Numbered from the stretch's first letter, positions 28,498-39,610 are shown. The stretch is DNA of 64,000 bases from Deltaproteobacteria bacterium TL4 (GCA_051382335.1 JBBCAX010000094.1:910-64909); one strand, 5' to 3'. Numbers and translations: made by a program. Notes: generated by a model from the letters alone, not told the origin.

Positions 28498-30414
28498 TTA
28501 CTGTATCTGAAAAGCTTGATGAAGGCGCTTTGCGAACGATGAGGAAACGCTGGTGACTTGCATCCGTTTCTCGGTTGCTGGAATCGATACTTTTTGAGTA
28601 GGAGCATATATGTGCTGTATATAGTGTTGAATTATTTTTTTCGCCACGGGGCCTGCACCAGAGGAGCCAGCAATTCCGTGTTCTACTAAAACGGCGACGG
28701 AAATCTCAGGGTCTTCAATCGGACCAAAGGCAATAAACCACGCATGATTTTGAAATTCCCTTTTTTCTTTGTCTCCTTCTTCGAGCAGTGCCAAAGTGGT
28801 ATGATCGATGACTTGAACCGTCGCCGTTTTGGCCGCAAGTTTAAACTCAGGGAATCGGACACTCCGTGCGGTGCCATGATCGTCGTGAACCGCAGCTATC
28901 ATGCCTTTACGGATTATGGCTAACGCCTCTTTATTCAGGCCCAAGGACTGAGGTACGGGATGGTCTGTAGACAGAATCAAACGAGGAGTCGCCCACAAGC
29001 CATTATTCGCGATAATATTTGTAAAATTAACCATTTGAAGCGGGGTTACAACCAAGGCGCCTTGACCAATTGAAACAGGAGGCGTCTCGCCTAAGTACCA
29101 CTGCTCACCAAACTTTTCAAGTTTCCATTTTTCATTGGGAAGTTCACCCTTTTTTTCGTGAGGTAAATCAAGGCCTATCTGTTGACCAAACAAAAACTTC
29201 TGTGCATAATCATGGAGGTTCTCAATTCCCACCTCTTGACCCACATTATAGAAAAAAACATTACAGGATTCTCTGATGGCATCAACAATACTCACAACAC
29301 CGTGTCCGCCATGCTCCCATTTCCAACACTTGAAGGGCGTTTTGCGCCCCTTGATGTAATAAAAACCACGACATGTAAATGTAGTCTTCTCGTCAATGAG
29401 TTTCAAATCCAACCCCGCGTATCCCGTAACCAATTTAAAGATAGACCCTGGAGGATATCCACCTTGAATCGCTTTGTTTTCCATAGGGTGTCGTAGGTTG
29501 TTTTTAAGTCGATTCCAACTTTTTCGGCTGATCCCCGAAGCAAAAAGATTAGGGTTGAAGCCTGGAAAACTATCCATCCCCAAGATCTCACCCGTCTTGG
29601 GGTTCATCACCACAACGGCGCCACTCTTGTCTTTCATCGCATCGTAAATCATTTGTTGTATTCGAATATCAAGCGTTAAGTAGACATCTTCTCCGGGAAT
29701 AGGATCCACAGGCCGGTTCAAGACTCGTAGTTCTCTTCCGACATGGTCAACTTCAATCTGCTTTCCCCCATCGGTTCCAATCAAAATATCATTTTTAACT
29801 AACTCAATTCCTGCCTTGCCTACGATGGTCCCTGAAATTTTTTTTTCCTCAGGAAGCTGTTCCTCCTGTTCTTCATCTCGAATACCCACATAGCCTAGAA
29901 CATGTGACGCGATTTTATGATAAGGGTACAAACGTCGTGAGTTCACGACAATGGAAACACCAGGAAAATCTTCTTGATAGGTTTCAACTAAAATCATTTT
30001 GTAATAATCCAGATCAGCATCCAGGATGATAGGCTTAAAGGGGGCTTGCGTATTATGATCATTTACTTTTTTTCTTAGTAAAGCCAACGGGAGATTCAGC
30101 GCCTTGGATAGGTTCGACAGTGTTTTTTCCATATCAGGGGTATCTTCTCGAATGACCTGGAGTTGATAGGCGGGACGGTTATCCGCGAGAGCAATCCCGT
30201 TTCTGTCATAAATGATTCCACGATGTGCGGGTTGAGGGACTAAACGGATTCGATTTCCTTTTGAAAAATCAGCATATTTTTGACCTTGAAGAATCTGCAA
30301 ATACCAAAGTCGGGAAGCCAGGAGCGAAAAAACGAAGGCGATACCAATCCCGATTACCATAACCCTATTTCGAAACAGCAACGCTTCTTCTGGTTGTAGG
30401 GGGTCAGTTGTCAT
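28498..30414 (-). CDS. mrdA: Penicillin-binding protein 2 (peptidoglycan D,D-transpeptidase)
   Basis: 638 aa; N-terminal TM; transpeptidase motifs SIFK (SxxK), SCN and KTG. Overlaps the mreD stop. Confidence 0.85.
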   Translation of the reverse strand: MTTDPLQPEEALLFRNRVMVIGIGIAFVFSLLASRLWYLQILQGQKYADFSKGNRIRLVPQPAHRGIIYDRNGIALADNRPAYQLQVIREDTPDMEKTLSNLSKALNLPLALLRKKVNDHNTQAPFKPIILDADLDYYKMILVETYQEDFPGVSIVVNSRRLYPYHKIASHVLGYVGIRDEEQEEQLPEEKKISGTIVGKAGIELVKNDILIGTDGGKQIEVDHVGRELRVLNRPVDPIPGEDVYLTLDIRIQQMIYDAMKDKSGAVVVMNPKTGEILGMDSFPGFNPNLFASGISRKSWNRLKNNLRHPMENKAIQGGYPPGSIFKLVTGYAGLDLKLIDEKTTFTCRGFYYIKGRKTPFKCWKWEHGGHGVVSIVDAIRESCNVFFYNVGQEVGIENLHDYAQKFLFGQQIGLDLPHEKKGELPNEKWKLEKFGEQWYLGETPPVSIGQGALVVTPLQMVNFTNIIANNGLWATPRLILSTDHPVPQSLGLNKEALAIIRKGMIAAVHDDHGTARSVRFPEFKLAAKTATVQVIDHTTLALLEEGDKEKREFQNHAWFIAFGPIEDPEISVAVLVEHGIAGSSGAGPVAKKIIQHYIQHIYAPTQKVSIPATEKRMQVTSVSSSFAKRLHQAFQIQ

Positions 30415-30910
30415 AAGTCTTATCAGAATTAAGATGCATCACCGCTTCTGTTTTTCTCAAAATCAGGAACAGCAGCGGTGAAATTAAGCTTTGAATTACG
30501 GCCACAGGAAGTTCTGTTTGAAAAAACAGAGTATTCCAGGACAGTTGAGAAAGAATTTTCAAGAAAAAAGCTGCAAGGCCACCTTCAACAATGGACAGCA
30601 GGAAAACAAAAAACACGGTAGAGAAGACATTGTTCTCGTAAAAGGAATCTCCCACCCATCGTACTATAATTAAAGACAAAAAATAAGAAATCCCATAAAG
30701 GCCGATCATTGAGTGTGAGAAGGCATCGCTCATCATTCCTAACAGTAACCCATAGAACAACAGGAAGGGATTCTGCCACCGTAAAGTTAAAATAATGAGG
30801 GTGATGAATACCAGATCCAGTTTAAATCCCGCAATCTGAAGGGTTCGGCTGAACAGGACTTCGATCCAGAAACTGAACAATCCCGAAAGAATCCAAAAAA
30901 TATAGTTCAT
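30404..30910 (-). CDS. mreD: Rod shape-determining protein MreD
   Basis: 168 aa polytopic membrane protein lying between mreC and mrdA. Confidence 0.7.
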   Translation of the reverse strand: MNYIFWILSGLFSFWIEVLFSRTLQIAGFKLDLVFITLIILTLRWQNPFLLFYGLLLGMMSDAFSHSMIGLYGISYFLSLIIVRWVGDSFYENNVFSTVFFVFLLSIVEGGLAAFFLKILSQLSWNTLFFQTELPVAVIQSLISPLLFLILRKTEAVMHLNSDKTYDN

Positions 30911-31752
30911 CGTTTTGAAAAAAGAGAGTTTCCAGGAGTTTTTGATGTTTTTAGAATCACAAAGACCCCCTCTATTTTATTAAAATCAACGATAGGCGTC
31001 AAATACGCAGTTTGAAACAACTCATATTCTTCATGATGAATTTCCGAGACAATCCCAATGAGTAATCCCTTTGGAAAAAGACCACTGAGTCCATTCGTCA
31101 CGACCCGGTCGCCGACCTTAATATCCGACCGCAGATGCAGTTGACGTAATTCAATGCCATTCTGGGTTCCATAAATAATCCCTTTTTTCCTTGTTCTTTG
31201 AATGATGGCAGGAAATCGGCTTCGATGATCCAGTATCAATTGAACCGTTGATTGAAAGGGGGTTACCGACTGAATTCTTCCCACCACCCCTTCCTTAAGA
31301 ATGACTGCAAAATTTCTTTGTATGCCATGATGGGAACCTCGGTTGATAAAAAGGGTCTTGTGAAAATTATCAATGGATTCCCCAATAACTTCCGCAAAGA
31401 TCTTTTTATCAGGGTTTTGTACCGCAAACTCTAATTGTATTTGCAAGCGATGATACTGGATGGATTCCTCGATATATTGATCGACTTCTTCTTGCAGTGA
31501 GGCTAATTGCTTTTTCAGGTTTTCATTTTCTTCATGCAATTGCACAAGGTAAAAATAGGAATTGGCGACATTTGTGGTAGAACTTAGGACTTGATGGACC
31601 AAGGCCTGAATTGGATACGTTATGGTTTGGGTAAAAACCTGAAGTTTGGTACCGTCTTCCTGTCTTCCGGTTTGGAAGAGAAAGATCAAGGTCACAATAA
31701 TGGTAAAAAAGATCGATAAAAACAAACGATATTTTTTGATGAAATCCAACAT
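30907..31752 (-). CDS. mreC: Rod shape-determining protein MreC
   Basis: 281 aa; N-terminal TM; coiled coil (LKKQLASLQEEVDQY); C-terminal beta domain. The stop overlaps the mreD start. Confidence 0.8.
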   Translation of the reverse strand: MLDFIKKYRLFLSIFFTIIVTLIFLFQTGRQEDGTKLQVFTQTITYPIQALVHQVLSSTTNVANSYFYLVQLHEENENLKKQLASLQEEVDQYIEESIQYHRLQIQLEFAVQNPDKKIFAEVIGESIDNFHKTLFINRGSHHGIQRNFAVILKEGVVGRIQSVTPFQSTVQLILDHRSRFPAIIQRTRKKGIIYGTQNGIELRQLHLRSDIKVGDRVVTNGLSGLFPKGLLIGIVSEIHHEEYELFQTAYLTPIVDFNKIEGVFVILKTSKTPGNSLFSKR

Positions 31753-31863
31753 AGTTCAGGTATCCACTTAGGCCAACACATCGAAGAAAAGGGGGTTGGA
31801 ACAAACGAGATACCAGCCTTAGCATAGATTCTTCAAACTTTGTAGTTGAAACACAAAGTTTGA

Positions 31864-33159
31864 TCAGTTTTCCGCAAGCTCTCTTAAAATGCCAATCGGT
31901 CTCACAATATAAGGGGCCTTATTTATTTCTTGTGTCGCTTGTTGGATCAACAGTTCCTGACAGGCTTCCAGTGTCAAGGTGAAGATGACTGTCGATTCTC
32001 CATTGCTTGCAATATTGTGGTATTGAGGCAACTGCTCCAACGCATAAATATTGATTTTATATTTTGCTAAAATGTTGCCAATATTTCCCACAATGCCAGG
32101 ACTGTCTCTAACTTGAAACCGCAAGGTGTGCTTAAAACGATACTCGGAGAAAGGGGATAAGGCACTTTTAACAGGTGTTTTTTCATCAGAGGGAACAGGG
32201 GTTTGTCGGATCTTGTAAATATCCGCTAAAATCGCAGATGCCGTAGGCAAGCTTCCCGCGCCTGGACCGATCAATGAAATTTCTTGAGCATAACGTTCCT
32301 GAATCGTGATGATATTGGTCGAACCCTGAATTTTTGAAAGCGTATGCTCCGCGGGTAACATCAAAGGAAGGACAAACGCGTTAACACGACCGTCATTCCA
32401 ACTGGCATAAGCAATCAGTTTGATTTTTTTCCCCATCCGTTCAGCGTATTCAAAATCGGGCAGGTCCAGGTGGTCGATGCCCTCAACGTGGAGAGACTCA
32501 ACCTCAAGCCATTGTCGCGTGATCAAGTAGTTTAAAATCACAAGTTTATACCTGGCATCATAACCTTTGACATCATTGCTCGGATCCTGTTCCGCAAAGC
32601 CTTTTTCCTGGGCCTCGCCCAAGGCCTTGGCATATGAAATTCCTCGCCGTTCCATCGCACTTAAAATATAATTGGTTGTGCCATTCACAATGCCTAACAG
32701 ATTTTTAATATCAGGAGCATAAAAATAATTTTGTAATAATCGTAGCACAGGGATGGCACCACCAACACTTGCTTCAAAAAGTAAGTGCCGTTTATTTTGG
32801 ATAGCCAGTTGCGTTAAGTCATGCCCATGGGTTGCCATCAAATCCTTATTCGCGGTGACCACATGTTTCCCGTGAGTGAGCGCCTGTGTGATGACCTCTT
32901 TCGCAAAACCCCGTCCGCCAACAGTTTCCACAATCAAATCCAGTTCGGGATCATGGATCAGCTCCTCCAGGGACTGGACAAATAACTCAGGATTTCGTTC
33001 ATAAATAGGCTGGGCATAAGGACCTTGGAGGTTCTTTTCCAAAATGGCTCTTAAATGAATCGGAGAAGCCTGCTGGTCATGACATTGAGTTATTTTTGCC
33101 ACCCCACTACCAATTGTTCCTAAGCCTACAATGGCTATTTGAAATTTTGCTTGAGTCAT
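31864..33159 (-). CDS. hom: Homoserine dehydrogenase
   Basis: Start at MTQAKFQIAIVGLGTIGSGV (NAD-binding GxGxxG). Central catalytic domain and C-terminal ACT domain. Confidence 0.85.
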   Translation of the reverse strand: MTQAKFQIAIVGLGTIGSGVAKITQCHDQQASPIHLRAILEKNLQGPYAQPIYERNPELFVQSLEELIHDPELDLIVETVGGRGFAKEVITQALTHGKHVVTANKDLMATHGHDLTQLAIQNKRHLLFEASVGGAIPVLRLLQNYFYAPDIKNLLGIVNGTTNYILSAMERRGISYAKALGEAQEKGFAEQDPSNDVKGYDARYKLVILNYLITRQWLEVESLHVEGIDHLDLPDFEYAERMGKKIKLIAYASWNDGRVNAFVLPLMLPAEHTLSKIQGSTNIITIQERYAQEISLIGPGAGSLPTASAILADIYKIRQTPVPSDEKTPVKSALSPFSEYRFKHTLRFQVRDSPGIVGNIGNILAKYKINIYALEQLPQYHNIASNGESTVIFTLTLEACQELLIQQATQEINKAPYIVRPIGILRELAEN

Positions 33160-33200
33160 AAGTGTTTCTGAGCTTAAGGATGATCCGAAAAAACGGGTTA

Positions 33201-33581
33201 TCACGTATGAGCGATAGCCTCTATTTCTATAGCAACGCCTTTCGGCAACGCACTGACTTCAACACAAGACCGTGCGGGTTTAAACGCTTCAAAATATTCG
33301 TTATAAATCTGGTTGAATTCGCTAAACCTGGACATATCCGTTAAAAAAATACTAACCTTCAATACGGCGTCCAGACTGGAACCCCCTGCTTTTAAAATGG
33401 CACTTAAATTGTCCAGAACCAGGCGGCATTGAGAGGAAAAAGGTTCGGTGACCAAATCACCCGTCTTGGGGTTGATCGCAATTTGCCCTGAGATGAACAA
33501 AAGGTCTCTATACTGTATGGCCTGGGAGTACGGTCCTACAGGAGCAGGCGCATCGGTGCTGGTGATGATCGTTTTTTGCAT
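33201..33581 (-). CDS. ridA: RidA/YjgF family reactive-intermediate deaminase
   Basis: About 126 aa, PVGPYSQAIQ...FISGQI... signature. Confidence 0.8.
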   Translation of the reverse strand: MQKTIITSTDAPAPVGPYSQAIQYRDLLFISGQIAINPKTGDLVTEPFSSQCRLVLDNLSAILKAGGSSLDAVLKVSIFLTDMSRFSEFNQIYNEYFEAFKPARSCVEVSALPKGVAIEIEAIAHT

Positions 33582-33660
33582 TTTGTATTTTTTATGGTTT
33601 AAGGTGAACATTAAAGACCCATTATCTACTATTTTTGCTGACAGTCAGGCAAGATATTTC

Positions 33661-33758
33661 CTACGGGGTGTGCTTAAGCGAAGCGAGCGCACCAGAAAAC
33701 GGCTGTCCTCTTTGTGGTATGCTCGCTACGCTTGCGGCACCCTATTTATGCTCAACGC
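33661..33758. repeat. B-family long-palindrome element, degenerate copy B2
   Basis: GTGTGCTTAAGCGAAGCGAGCGCACCAGAAAACGGCTGTCCTCTTTGTGGTATGCTCGCTACGCTTGCGGCACCCTATTTATGCTCAACGCC. Aligns with 58141-58236 and shares the ttatgctcaac(g/a)cc tail. Confidence 0.5.
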
Positions 33759-33776
33759 CTCTTCTTGGGCAGTCTC

Positions 33777-35267
33777 CTAGTTAGGGAATTGTTCCTGGAT
33801 TTTCTTGATGATGCCTTTTGTAAGAAGGTCCAGGAATGCAGCGACAACGTCGGGTGCAAGGTGGTTTCCAGAACATTTTTTTAGCTCCGCCACAACTTCT
33901 TCTTCACTCCAGGCTGGCTTGTAAACACGCTTGGAACATAAAGCATCATAAACATCCGCTACAGTGACGATTCTCGCGCTGAGAGGAATTTCCTTCTCTT
34001 TCAGCCCTTCCGGGTATCCGGTTCCATCATATTTTTCATGGTGATAATGCGCAATCTGCCGGGCTGTGTCAAAAAAGGGTTTATCTCCTAAAATCTGAGC
34101 CCCTTTTTTGGTGTGGGTTTTCATCACGGTCCATTCTTCTTCAGTCAAGGGACCTGGTTTGTTGAGAATACTATCAGGAATCGCGATTTTGCCAACATCA
34201 TGCATCATACTTGAATATCCAATTTCCTCCGCTTCCGCCTCATCATACCCCATATGACGTGCAATGACTTCAGAGTAAAAGCGAACCCGACGGACATGAT
34301 TTGCCGTGTCTTTGTCTTTTGCGTCACTGGCAAGCGCCAGAGTAAAGATGGTATCAATATTAGCTTCCCTGATTTCCAAGGTCCGGAGTCTTACTTTTTC
34401 TTCAAGTTCTTCATTGAAACGCTTCAGTTCTTCATTTAAGCGCTCTTGCTCCTTCATCAATTTTCGGGTTCGAAGGTGTGTTCCAACCCTGGCATTAAAT
34501 TCTTCATGGGCAAACGGCTTAATGATATAGTCATTCACCCCAATTTGCAGCAAGTTTTTAATTTGCTCGGTATCATTAACGGTGGTGGACATAATGATCG
34601 GAATTTGATCATAAGCGGAGTTTGAACGAATGAGCTTTACAAACTCAATGCCATTCATATGAGGCATATTGATGTCACTGATGACCAAATCCACCTTTTC
34701 ATAACAGGCCTGGAATTTATTCCAGGCAATGAGTCCATCTTCGCAGGGGGTGAGTTCACAATTAATTTGTGGGAGCAAAAATTGATACATGGCCATAATG
34801 GACCGGGTATCTTCCGCAACTAAAACGTGTTGAGTTTCACGAAGTTCACTAATGGTTTTTAAAGTGTTAGGAGCAGGTTTCAAGATGGATTTTACCCGAT
34901 CTTGTAAGTGCTTTGGTGCAAAAGGTTTGACTAAATATTCAATAGCTCCGGCTTCAAAGGCTCTGGTTTTGACCTCAGGGTCATCAATGGAGGAAATGAT
35001 AATCACCGGAATCATCCGGGTTTGAGGCAGTTTTTTTAATAGGGAACAGGCTTCCAGACCGTTGATACCAGGCATCTGAATATCCAGGGTAATCAAATCA
35101 GGAATCCATTGAGTCGCTTTTTCAATACACTCTTCTCCATTTCCAGCCTTTTGAACCTCAACCTCTAAAGGTTCCAGGAACCCTTCAATCAGGCTACACA
35201 TGGAGGGACTGTCATCCGTGATGAGGATTTTTGCACTCATAAACGCCTTTTTCATTTCTAAAAACAA
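33777..35267 (-). CDS. Two-receiver response regulator with HD-GYP phosphodiesterase domain (RpfG-like)
   Basis: REC1 (ILITDDSP...DLITLDIQMPGINGLE); REC2 (VLVAEDT...DLVISDINMPHMNGIE); HD-GYP block HHEKYDGTGYP preceded by HDVGKIAIPD. Confidence 0.8.
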   Translation of the reverse strand: MFLEMKKAFMSAKILITDDSPSMCSLIEGFLEPLEVEVQKAGNGEECIEKATQWIPDLITLDIQMPGINGLEACSLLKKLPQTRMIPVIIISSIDDPEVKTRAFEAGAIEYLVKPFAPKHLQDRVKSILKPAPNTLKTISELRETQHVLVAEDTRSIMAMYQFLLPQINCELTPCEDGLIAWNKFQACYEKVDLVISDINMPHMNGIEFVKLIRSNSAYDQIPIIMSTTVNDTEQIKNLLQIGVNDYIIKPFAHEEFNARVGTHLRTRKLMKEQERLNEELKRFNEELEEKVRLRTLEIREANIDTIFTLALASDAKDKDTANHVRRVRFYSEVIARHMGYDEAEAEEIGYSSMMHDVGKIAIPDSILNKPGPLTEEEWTVMKTHTKKGAQILGDKPFFDTARQIAHYHHEKYDGTGYPEGLKEKEIPLSARIVTVADVYDALCSKRVYKPAWSEEEVVAELKKCSGNHLAPDVVAAFLDLLTKGIIKKIQEQFPN

Positions 35268-35383
35268 TTACCAAACCGGCTTATGTACTGAGTCCCTAAA
35301 CGCTATGATAGGTGTTTCCACAAGGTCACTGAAACACGAAGGAGACAGGGAAGTGGCCAGGAAACACAATCAGGAGTCCCCGT

Positions 35384-36358
35384 TTACAGGGTAAACATTT
35401 TTTTCCTCAAAAATTGATACCACTGAGGACGAGAAAACAAAGTCCGGTCCAAGCCATAGAGTTCGGCTTTATTAAGGGAAAAAACTTCCTTAAGGACCTG
35501 AGGTGACTTTATATTTCCCTCTGCGATTAATGGCTTTTTTGTATATTTGGCAACCCACTCTATGAACGTTTCTTCCGTCTCAAAGAATTTATTCATAACA
35601 TGAATGGTGATAGGATGGAAGAGGTCAACCCCATTTTTTTCCAGCAGATCAATCAGTTCCTGAAGTTCTTCCACAGTAAAGCCATCTTCAAGTTTATCAT
35701 GAATGGAAAAATAATAACTGATGGGGATCTTTTTGGAGATCCGTCCCCGGATGTTTTGGATGATTTCATTGGTAAGACGCAGACGGGATTCCATGTCAGA
35801 GGTTCCGTATTTATCATCACGATTATTGTAGCGCAGAGAGACACATTGATCCAGCAGACACTGGTTTGAGCCATCGATCTCTATAAAATCCATGCCTACT
35901 TCTTCCGCTCTTTCTGCGGCATGGGTATAAAAAAGTTGGATTTCTTCAATATCGCCCTCATCAAACTCCCGGCTCATATCATAATCTTTGCCAAAGTTGA
36001 TCATGGACGGGCCTACCGGTTGTTCTCCGCAAATATCCTCTGAGGTTTTGGCACCCGCATGGGACAAACGGATACCAATCACGGAACCTTCTTTTTTTAC
36101 ACTTTTGGCTAGCTTTTCCAAACCCTCCAAATGTTCTTCATCGGAAATTCCGAGCTGACAGATATGTCGCCGTCCCTGTTTAGCGACATACGCGGATTCA
36201 ATAATGACGGTCCCCAGTCCTTGTCGGGCAAGGCTCGTGTAATAGCGAACCAGCTCAGGATTGACTCGGCCATCGATATTAGCCTGATTGCCAATCATGG
36301 GGGAGGATAAGATACGGTTTTTAAACTGAAGTCCTAAAAGTGAAAATGATGTAAACAT
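35384..36358 (-). CDS. Old-yellow-enzyme-family NADH:flavin oxidoreductase (short form)
   Basis: N-terminus FKNRILSSPMIGNQA...VRYYTSLARQGLGTVIIESAYV matches the OYE TIM-barrel FMN site. Confidence 0.6.
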   Translation of the reverse strand: MFTSFSLLGLQFKNRILSSPMIGNQANIDGRVNPELVRYYTSLARQGLGTVIIESAYVAKQGRRHICQLGISDEEHLEGLEKLAKSVKKEGSVIGIRLSHAGAKTSEDICGEQPVGPSMINFGKDYDMSREFDEGDIEEIQLFYTHAAERAEEVGMDFIEIDGSNQCLLDQCVSLRYNNRDDKYGTSDMESRLRLTNEIIQNIRGRISKKIPISYYFSIHDKLEDGFTVEELQELIDLLEKNGVDLFHPITIHVMNKFFETEETFIEWVAKYTKKPLIAEGNIKSPQVLKEVFSLNKAELYGLDRTLFSRPQWYQFLRKKMFTL

Positions 36359-36400
36359 AATTAATTATCAGAAAATGAAGTTATCAAAAAATAAAGACCG

Positions 36401-36727
36401 TCACTTGGCCATTCTATTCGCTTTTTCTTCTATTCCAGATTGGCCAAATCGACGGCCAAACTCTTTTTCGATGGCGTCCAGGGAAATCCCTTGTTGAACC
36501 ATCAATACCATCAGGTGAAACCACAGATCCGTTAATTCATAAACACATTCGTCTGTGCTCGTGTTTTTTGCGGCAATAATCACTTCTGCCGTTTCTTCAC
36601 CCACTTTTTTCAAAATCGCATCCACTCCCTTGTGGAGCAAGGAGTGGACATAAGATTTTTCGGCTGACCCCGTTTGCCCTCTTTCCAGAATGACATTATA
36701 TACTTCCGAAAACGATTTTGATTCCAT
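36401..36727 (-). CDS. hisE: Phosphoribosyl-ATP pyrophosphatase
   Basis: 108 aa; LLHKGVDAILKKVGEETAEVIIAAKN...ELTDLWFHLMVLM matches the HisE/MazG-type fold signature. Confidence 0.75.
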   Translation of the reverse strand: MESKSFSEVYNVILERGQTGSAEKSYVHSLLHKGVDAILKKVGEETAEVIIAAKNTSTDECVYELTDLWFHLMVLMVQQGISLDAIEKEFGRRFGQSGIEEKANRMAK

Positions 36728-37005
36728 AATATATCCCGACAGACACTTTCAGAGGAGGTTCCTCACAAAATTTGCCTTATCCCTGAAAAAGGGGTTGACT
36801 AAAGCAATTTTTATGATTAACAGAGACACAGGGAGGGTTCACCATCTAAGGAATTCAGTGATCATAACCTTGCATTCCCTGTTCATTGGTATAGGGATAG
36901 CTTTTTTTACTTCAAAACACAATCCCTTGTTGCATTCGAATACTTTCCCTTAGCGTCTTTTAGAATTTGAATGGCTTGCAACGATGTTAATTACTAGGAG
37001 ATTTC

Positions 37006-38808
37006 ATGACCGTAACCACTAAATTTTCAAATAAACTCAATATTGTAAAAAAAGTGCCCTCTATCGCCAAAGGGTTGTCTTATGTTTTCAAATCTGACAA
37101 AAGCGAAGTTCTATCCATCGGAAAATTTATTGAAGACAATGCGGCAAAATATCCGCACATGGATGCCCTCAAATACGAGGATCGTCATTACACCCACAAA
37201 GAGTTCAATGAGTGGGTCAACCGGTATGCTCATTTTTTCCAATCAAAAGGCATTGGTAAGGGGGATGCTGTCGCCGTTTTTCTGGAGAATCGGCCTGAAG
37301 TGGTCGTCATTGTCGCGGCGTTAGCTAAAACAGGAGCCATTTCCGCACTGGCTAACGCGACTCAGCGTCGTGCGCCTTTGGCCCACAGTTTTAAATTATG
37401 CGATCCCAAAATGTATGTGATCGGAGAAGAACTATTGTCTGCTTTTGAAGAAGTTCGTTCCGAGCTGTATCTCAAAAAGCACAATCTCCTCTGTTATCAG
37501 GTAGATCATACCGACCATCCCTGTCCTGAGGGGTTTCTCGACATTGAACACGAAGCGGCTAATTTACCATCCGAAAATCCCGCCTCAACAGGAACGATTC
37601 AATTGAAAGATCCCTGCTTTTACATCTATACTTCCGGAACAACAGGGATGCCCAAAGCCTCGATTATGAGTCATAATCGCTGGGCCAAAGCGTTAGGCGC
37701 GTTTGGTTTTATGGGACTCAACCTGAAACCTGGCGAAACACTCTATGTGGCGCTGCCGTTCTATCATAACAACGCCTTAACCGTTTCCTGGGGAGCCGCC
37801 ACAGCCTCTGGCGCATGCATCGCGATCCGACGTAAATTCAGCGCGACTCAGTTTTGGGAGGATACACGGAAATTTAATGCGGTGGCCTTCTGTTACATTG
37901 GAGAACTATGCCGTTATTTAATGAATCAGCCTCGAAAACCGGATGATGCCGAGAATCCTGTGAAAAAAATTATAGGAAATGGGATGCGTCCTGATATCTG
38001 GGTTGCCTTTAAAGAACGTTTCGCCATTCCTGAAGTTTATGAGTTTTACAGCGCCAGTGAATCCAATATCGCCTTTTTTAACCTTTTCAACAAAGATTGT
38101 ACGGTGGGTTTTTGTCCTGCGCCTTATGCTTTGGTGGAGTATGATATCGAAGCGGATGAGCCTGTGAGAGGTCCCGAAGGCTTTCTCAAACGGGTACAAC
38201 CGGGAGGAACAGGGTTGTTGCTGGGAGAGGTCTCAGAAAAGTACTCGTTTGACGGCTATACCGATAAAAAAGCCAGTGAAGCCAAGTTAATGCGAGATGT
38301 CTTCAAAAAAGGAGACCTCTGGTTTAACTCTGGGGATCTGCTCAAAGATCAAGGTTACAAGCACGCTCAATTTGTCGACCGCTTAGGCGATACCTTCCGT
38401 TGGAAAGGTGAAAATGTGTCCACCAATGAAGTGGCAGAGGTTCTGAATGGCTATGCGCCGATTCAGGAGTCGACGGTGTACGGAGTCCAGGTCCCTGGTA
38501 CGGATGGTCGCGCGGGCATGGCCTCTATTGTTAGTGAGGTCAAAGCTAAAGACTTCAAATTTGATGAACTCTATGAACATGTATGTCGGGAGTTACCTCA
38601 TTATGCTCGTCCGGTTTTCTTGAGAATGCAGGAGGAACTGACTATTACAGCAACCTTCAAACATCGAAAGGTTGAACTGAAAAAGGAAGGCTTCAATCCT
38701 GATGAGGTTAAAGAACCTCTGTATGTTTTATTGCCAAAACATACGAAATATACTAAACTGACGCACAAGGTGTATGAAGAAATCATGGAGAAAAAATATT
38801 CCTTCTGA
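37006..38808 (+). CDS. Long-chain / very-long-chain acyl-CoA synthetase (FATP-like AMP-binding enzyme)
   Basis: AMP-binding motif YIYTSGTTGMPKAS. 600 aa with FATP-type C-terminal region. Confidence 0.8.
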   Translation: MTVTTKFSNKLNIVKKVPSIAKGLSYVFKSDKSEVLSIGKFIEDNAAKYPHMDALKYEDRHYTHKEFNEWVNRYAHFFQSKGIGKGDAVAVFLENRPEVVVIVAALAKTGAISALANATQRRAPLAHSFKLCDPKMYVIGEELLSAFEEVRSELYLKKHNLLCYQVDHTDHPCPEGFLDIEHEAANLPSENPASTGTIQLKDPCFYIYTSGTTGMPKASIMSHNRWAKALGAFGFMGLNLKPGETLYVALPFYHNNALTVSWGAATASGACIAIRRKFSATQFWEDTRKFNAVAFCYIGELCRYLMNQPRKPDDAENPVKKIIGNGMRPDIWVAFKERFAIPEVYEFYSASESNIAFFNLFNKDCTVGFCPAPYALVEYDIEADEPVRGPEGFLKRVQPGGTGLLLGEVSEKYSFDGYTDKKASEAKLMRDVFKKGDLWFNSGDLLKDQGYKHAQFVDRLGDTFRWKGENVSTNEVAEVLNGYAPIQESTVYGVQVPGTDGRAGMASIVSEVKAKDFKFDELYEHVCRELPHYARPVFLRMQEELTITATFKHRKVELKKEGFNPDEVKEPLYVLLPKHTKYTKLTHKVYEEIMEKKYSF

Positions 38809-38936
38809 GTTCTCTCAAGCACCTTCTTCCTCTTGTTTTGCGGCAAAGGCTCAAGAGGACTGAGAATAGTTACTGTTCTTAGTACCTCCGGCCTTTGTGG
38901 CTCATTTAAAGTTTATCGCCATTCACGCGCTCACCT

Positions 38937-39548
38937 ATGATACATAAAATAACCGTTACCGTGATTCTTTGTTTGTCGTGTCTGTGGATCTTCCACTCCT
39001 TTGCGTGGGCAACGAATCCTAAACAGAATCCGGTTCAGTCAAAGATCCTCTCTGAACCAGACCGTCAATTCCTTTTGGAACAAAACATTGAAACCGCCTA
39101 TAGCCTCATCAAAGCTGAAGACTTTAAAGGTGTTTTAGCCGAGGGAACACCTATCGAATTAACGCAATATCGCAATCAATGGGTCTTTCTTAATTTTTGG
39201 GCAACCTGGTGTGTTCCCTGCTTGCAGGAATTACCCGATATGGAAAAACTACATCAGCGCTTTGGGAATCAAGGTTTGGTTATTTTGGCGGTAGGCATGG
39301 GCGAAAGCCAGGATAAAATCAAAAAATTTCTTGAAAACCATGCCTTGACTTTCGCTATTGTCACCGACAAAGACCTGACTATTTCTAAAGCTTATGGCGT
39401 GGAAAATTTACCGGTTACCTATCTCCTGACTCCTGAAGGCTTCGTTTACGCCAGAGCTGTAGGCCCCAGAAAATGGGCTAATACCGAATTGATGGAATAC
39501 TTTAGACAAAAATTAAAGGTTATAAATCCACCACAGGGGGAGCGTTGA
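38937..39548 (+). CDS. Periplasmic TlpA-like thiol:disulfide oxidoreductase (redoxin)
   Basis: Signal peptide. Thioredoxin active site WATWCVPC. Confidence 0.75.
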   Translation: MIHKITVTVILCLSCLWIFHSFAWATNPKQNPVQSKILSEPDRQFLLEQNIETAYSLIKAEDFKGVLAEGTPIELTQYRNQWVFLNFWATWCVPCLQELPDMEKLHQRFGNQGLVILAVGMGESQDKIKKFLENHALTFAIVTDKDLTISKAYGVENLPVTYLLTPEGFVYARAVGPRKWANTELMEYFRQKLKVINPPQGER

Positions 39549-39610
39549 TTCTTGAAAGCTCTAGCCACAATGTTCGCAACAATTAATACGACATTCATCA
39601 AGGGAGTTCT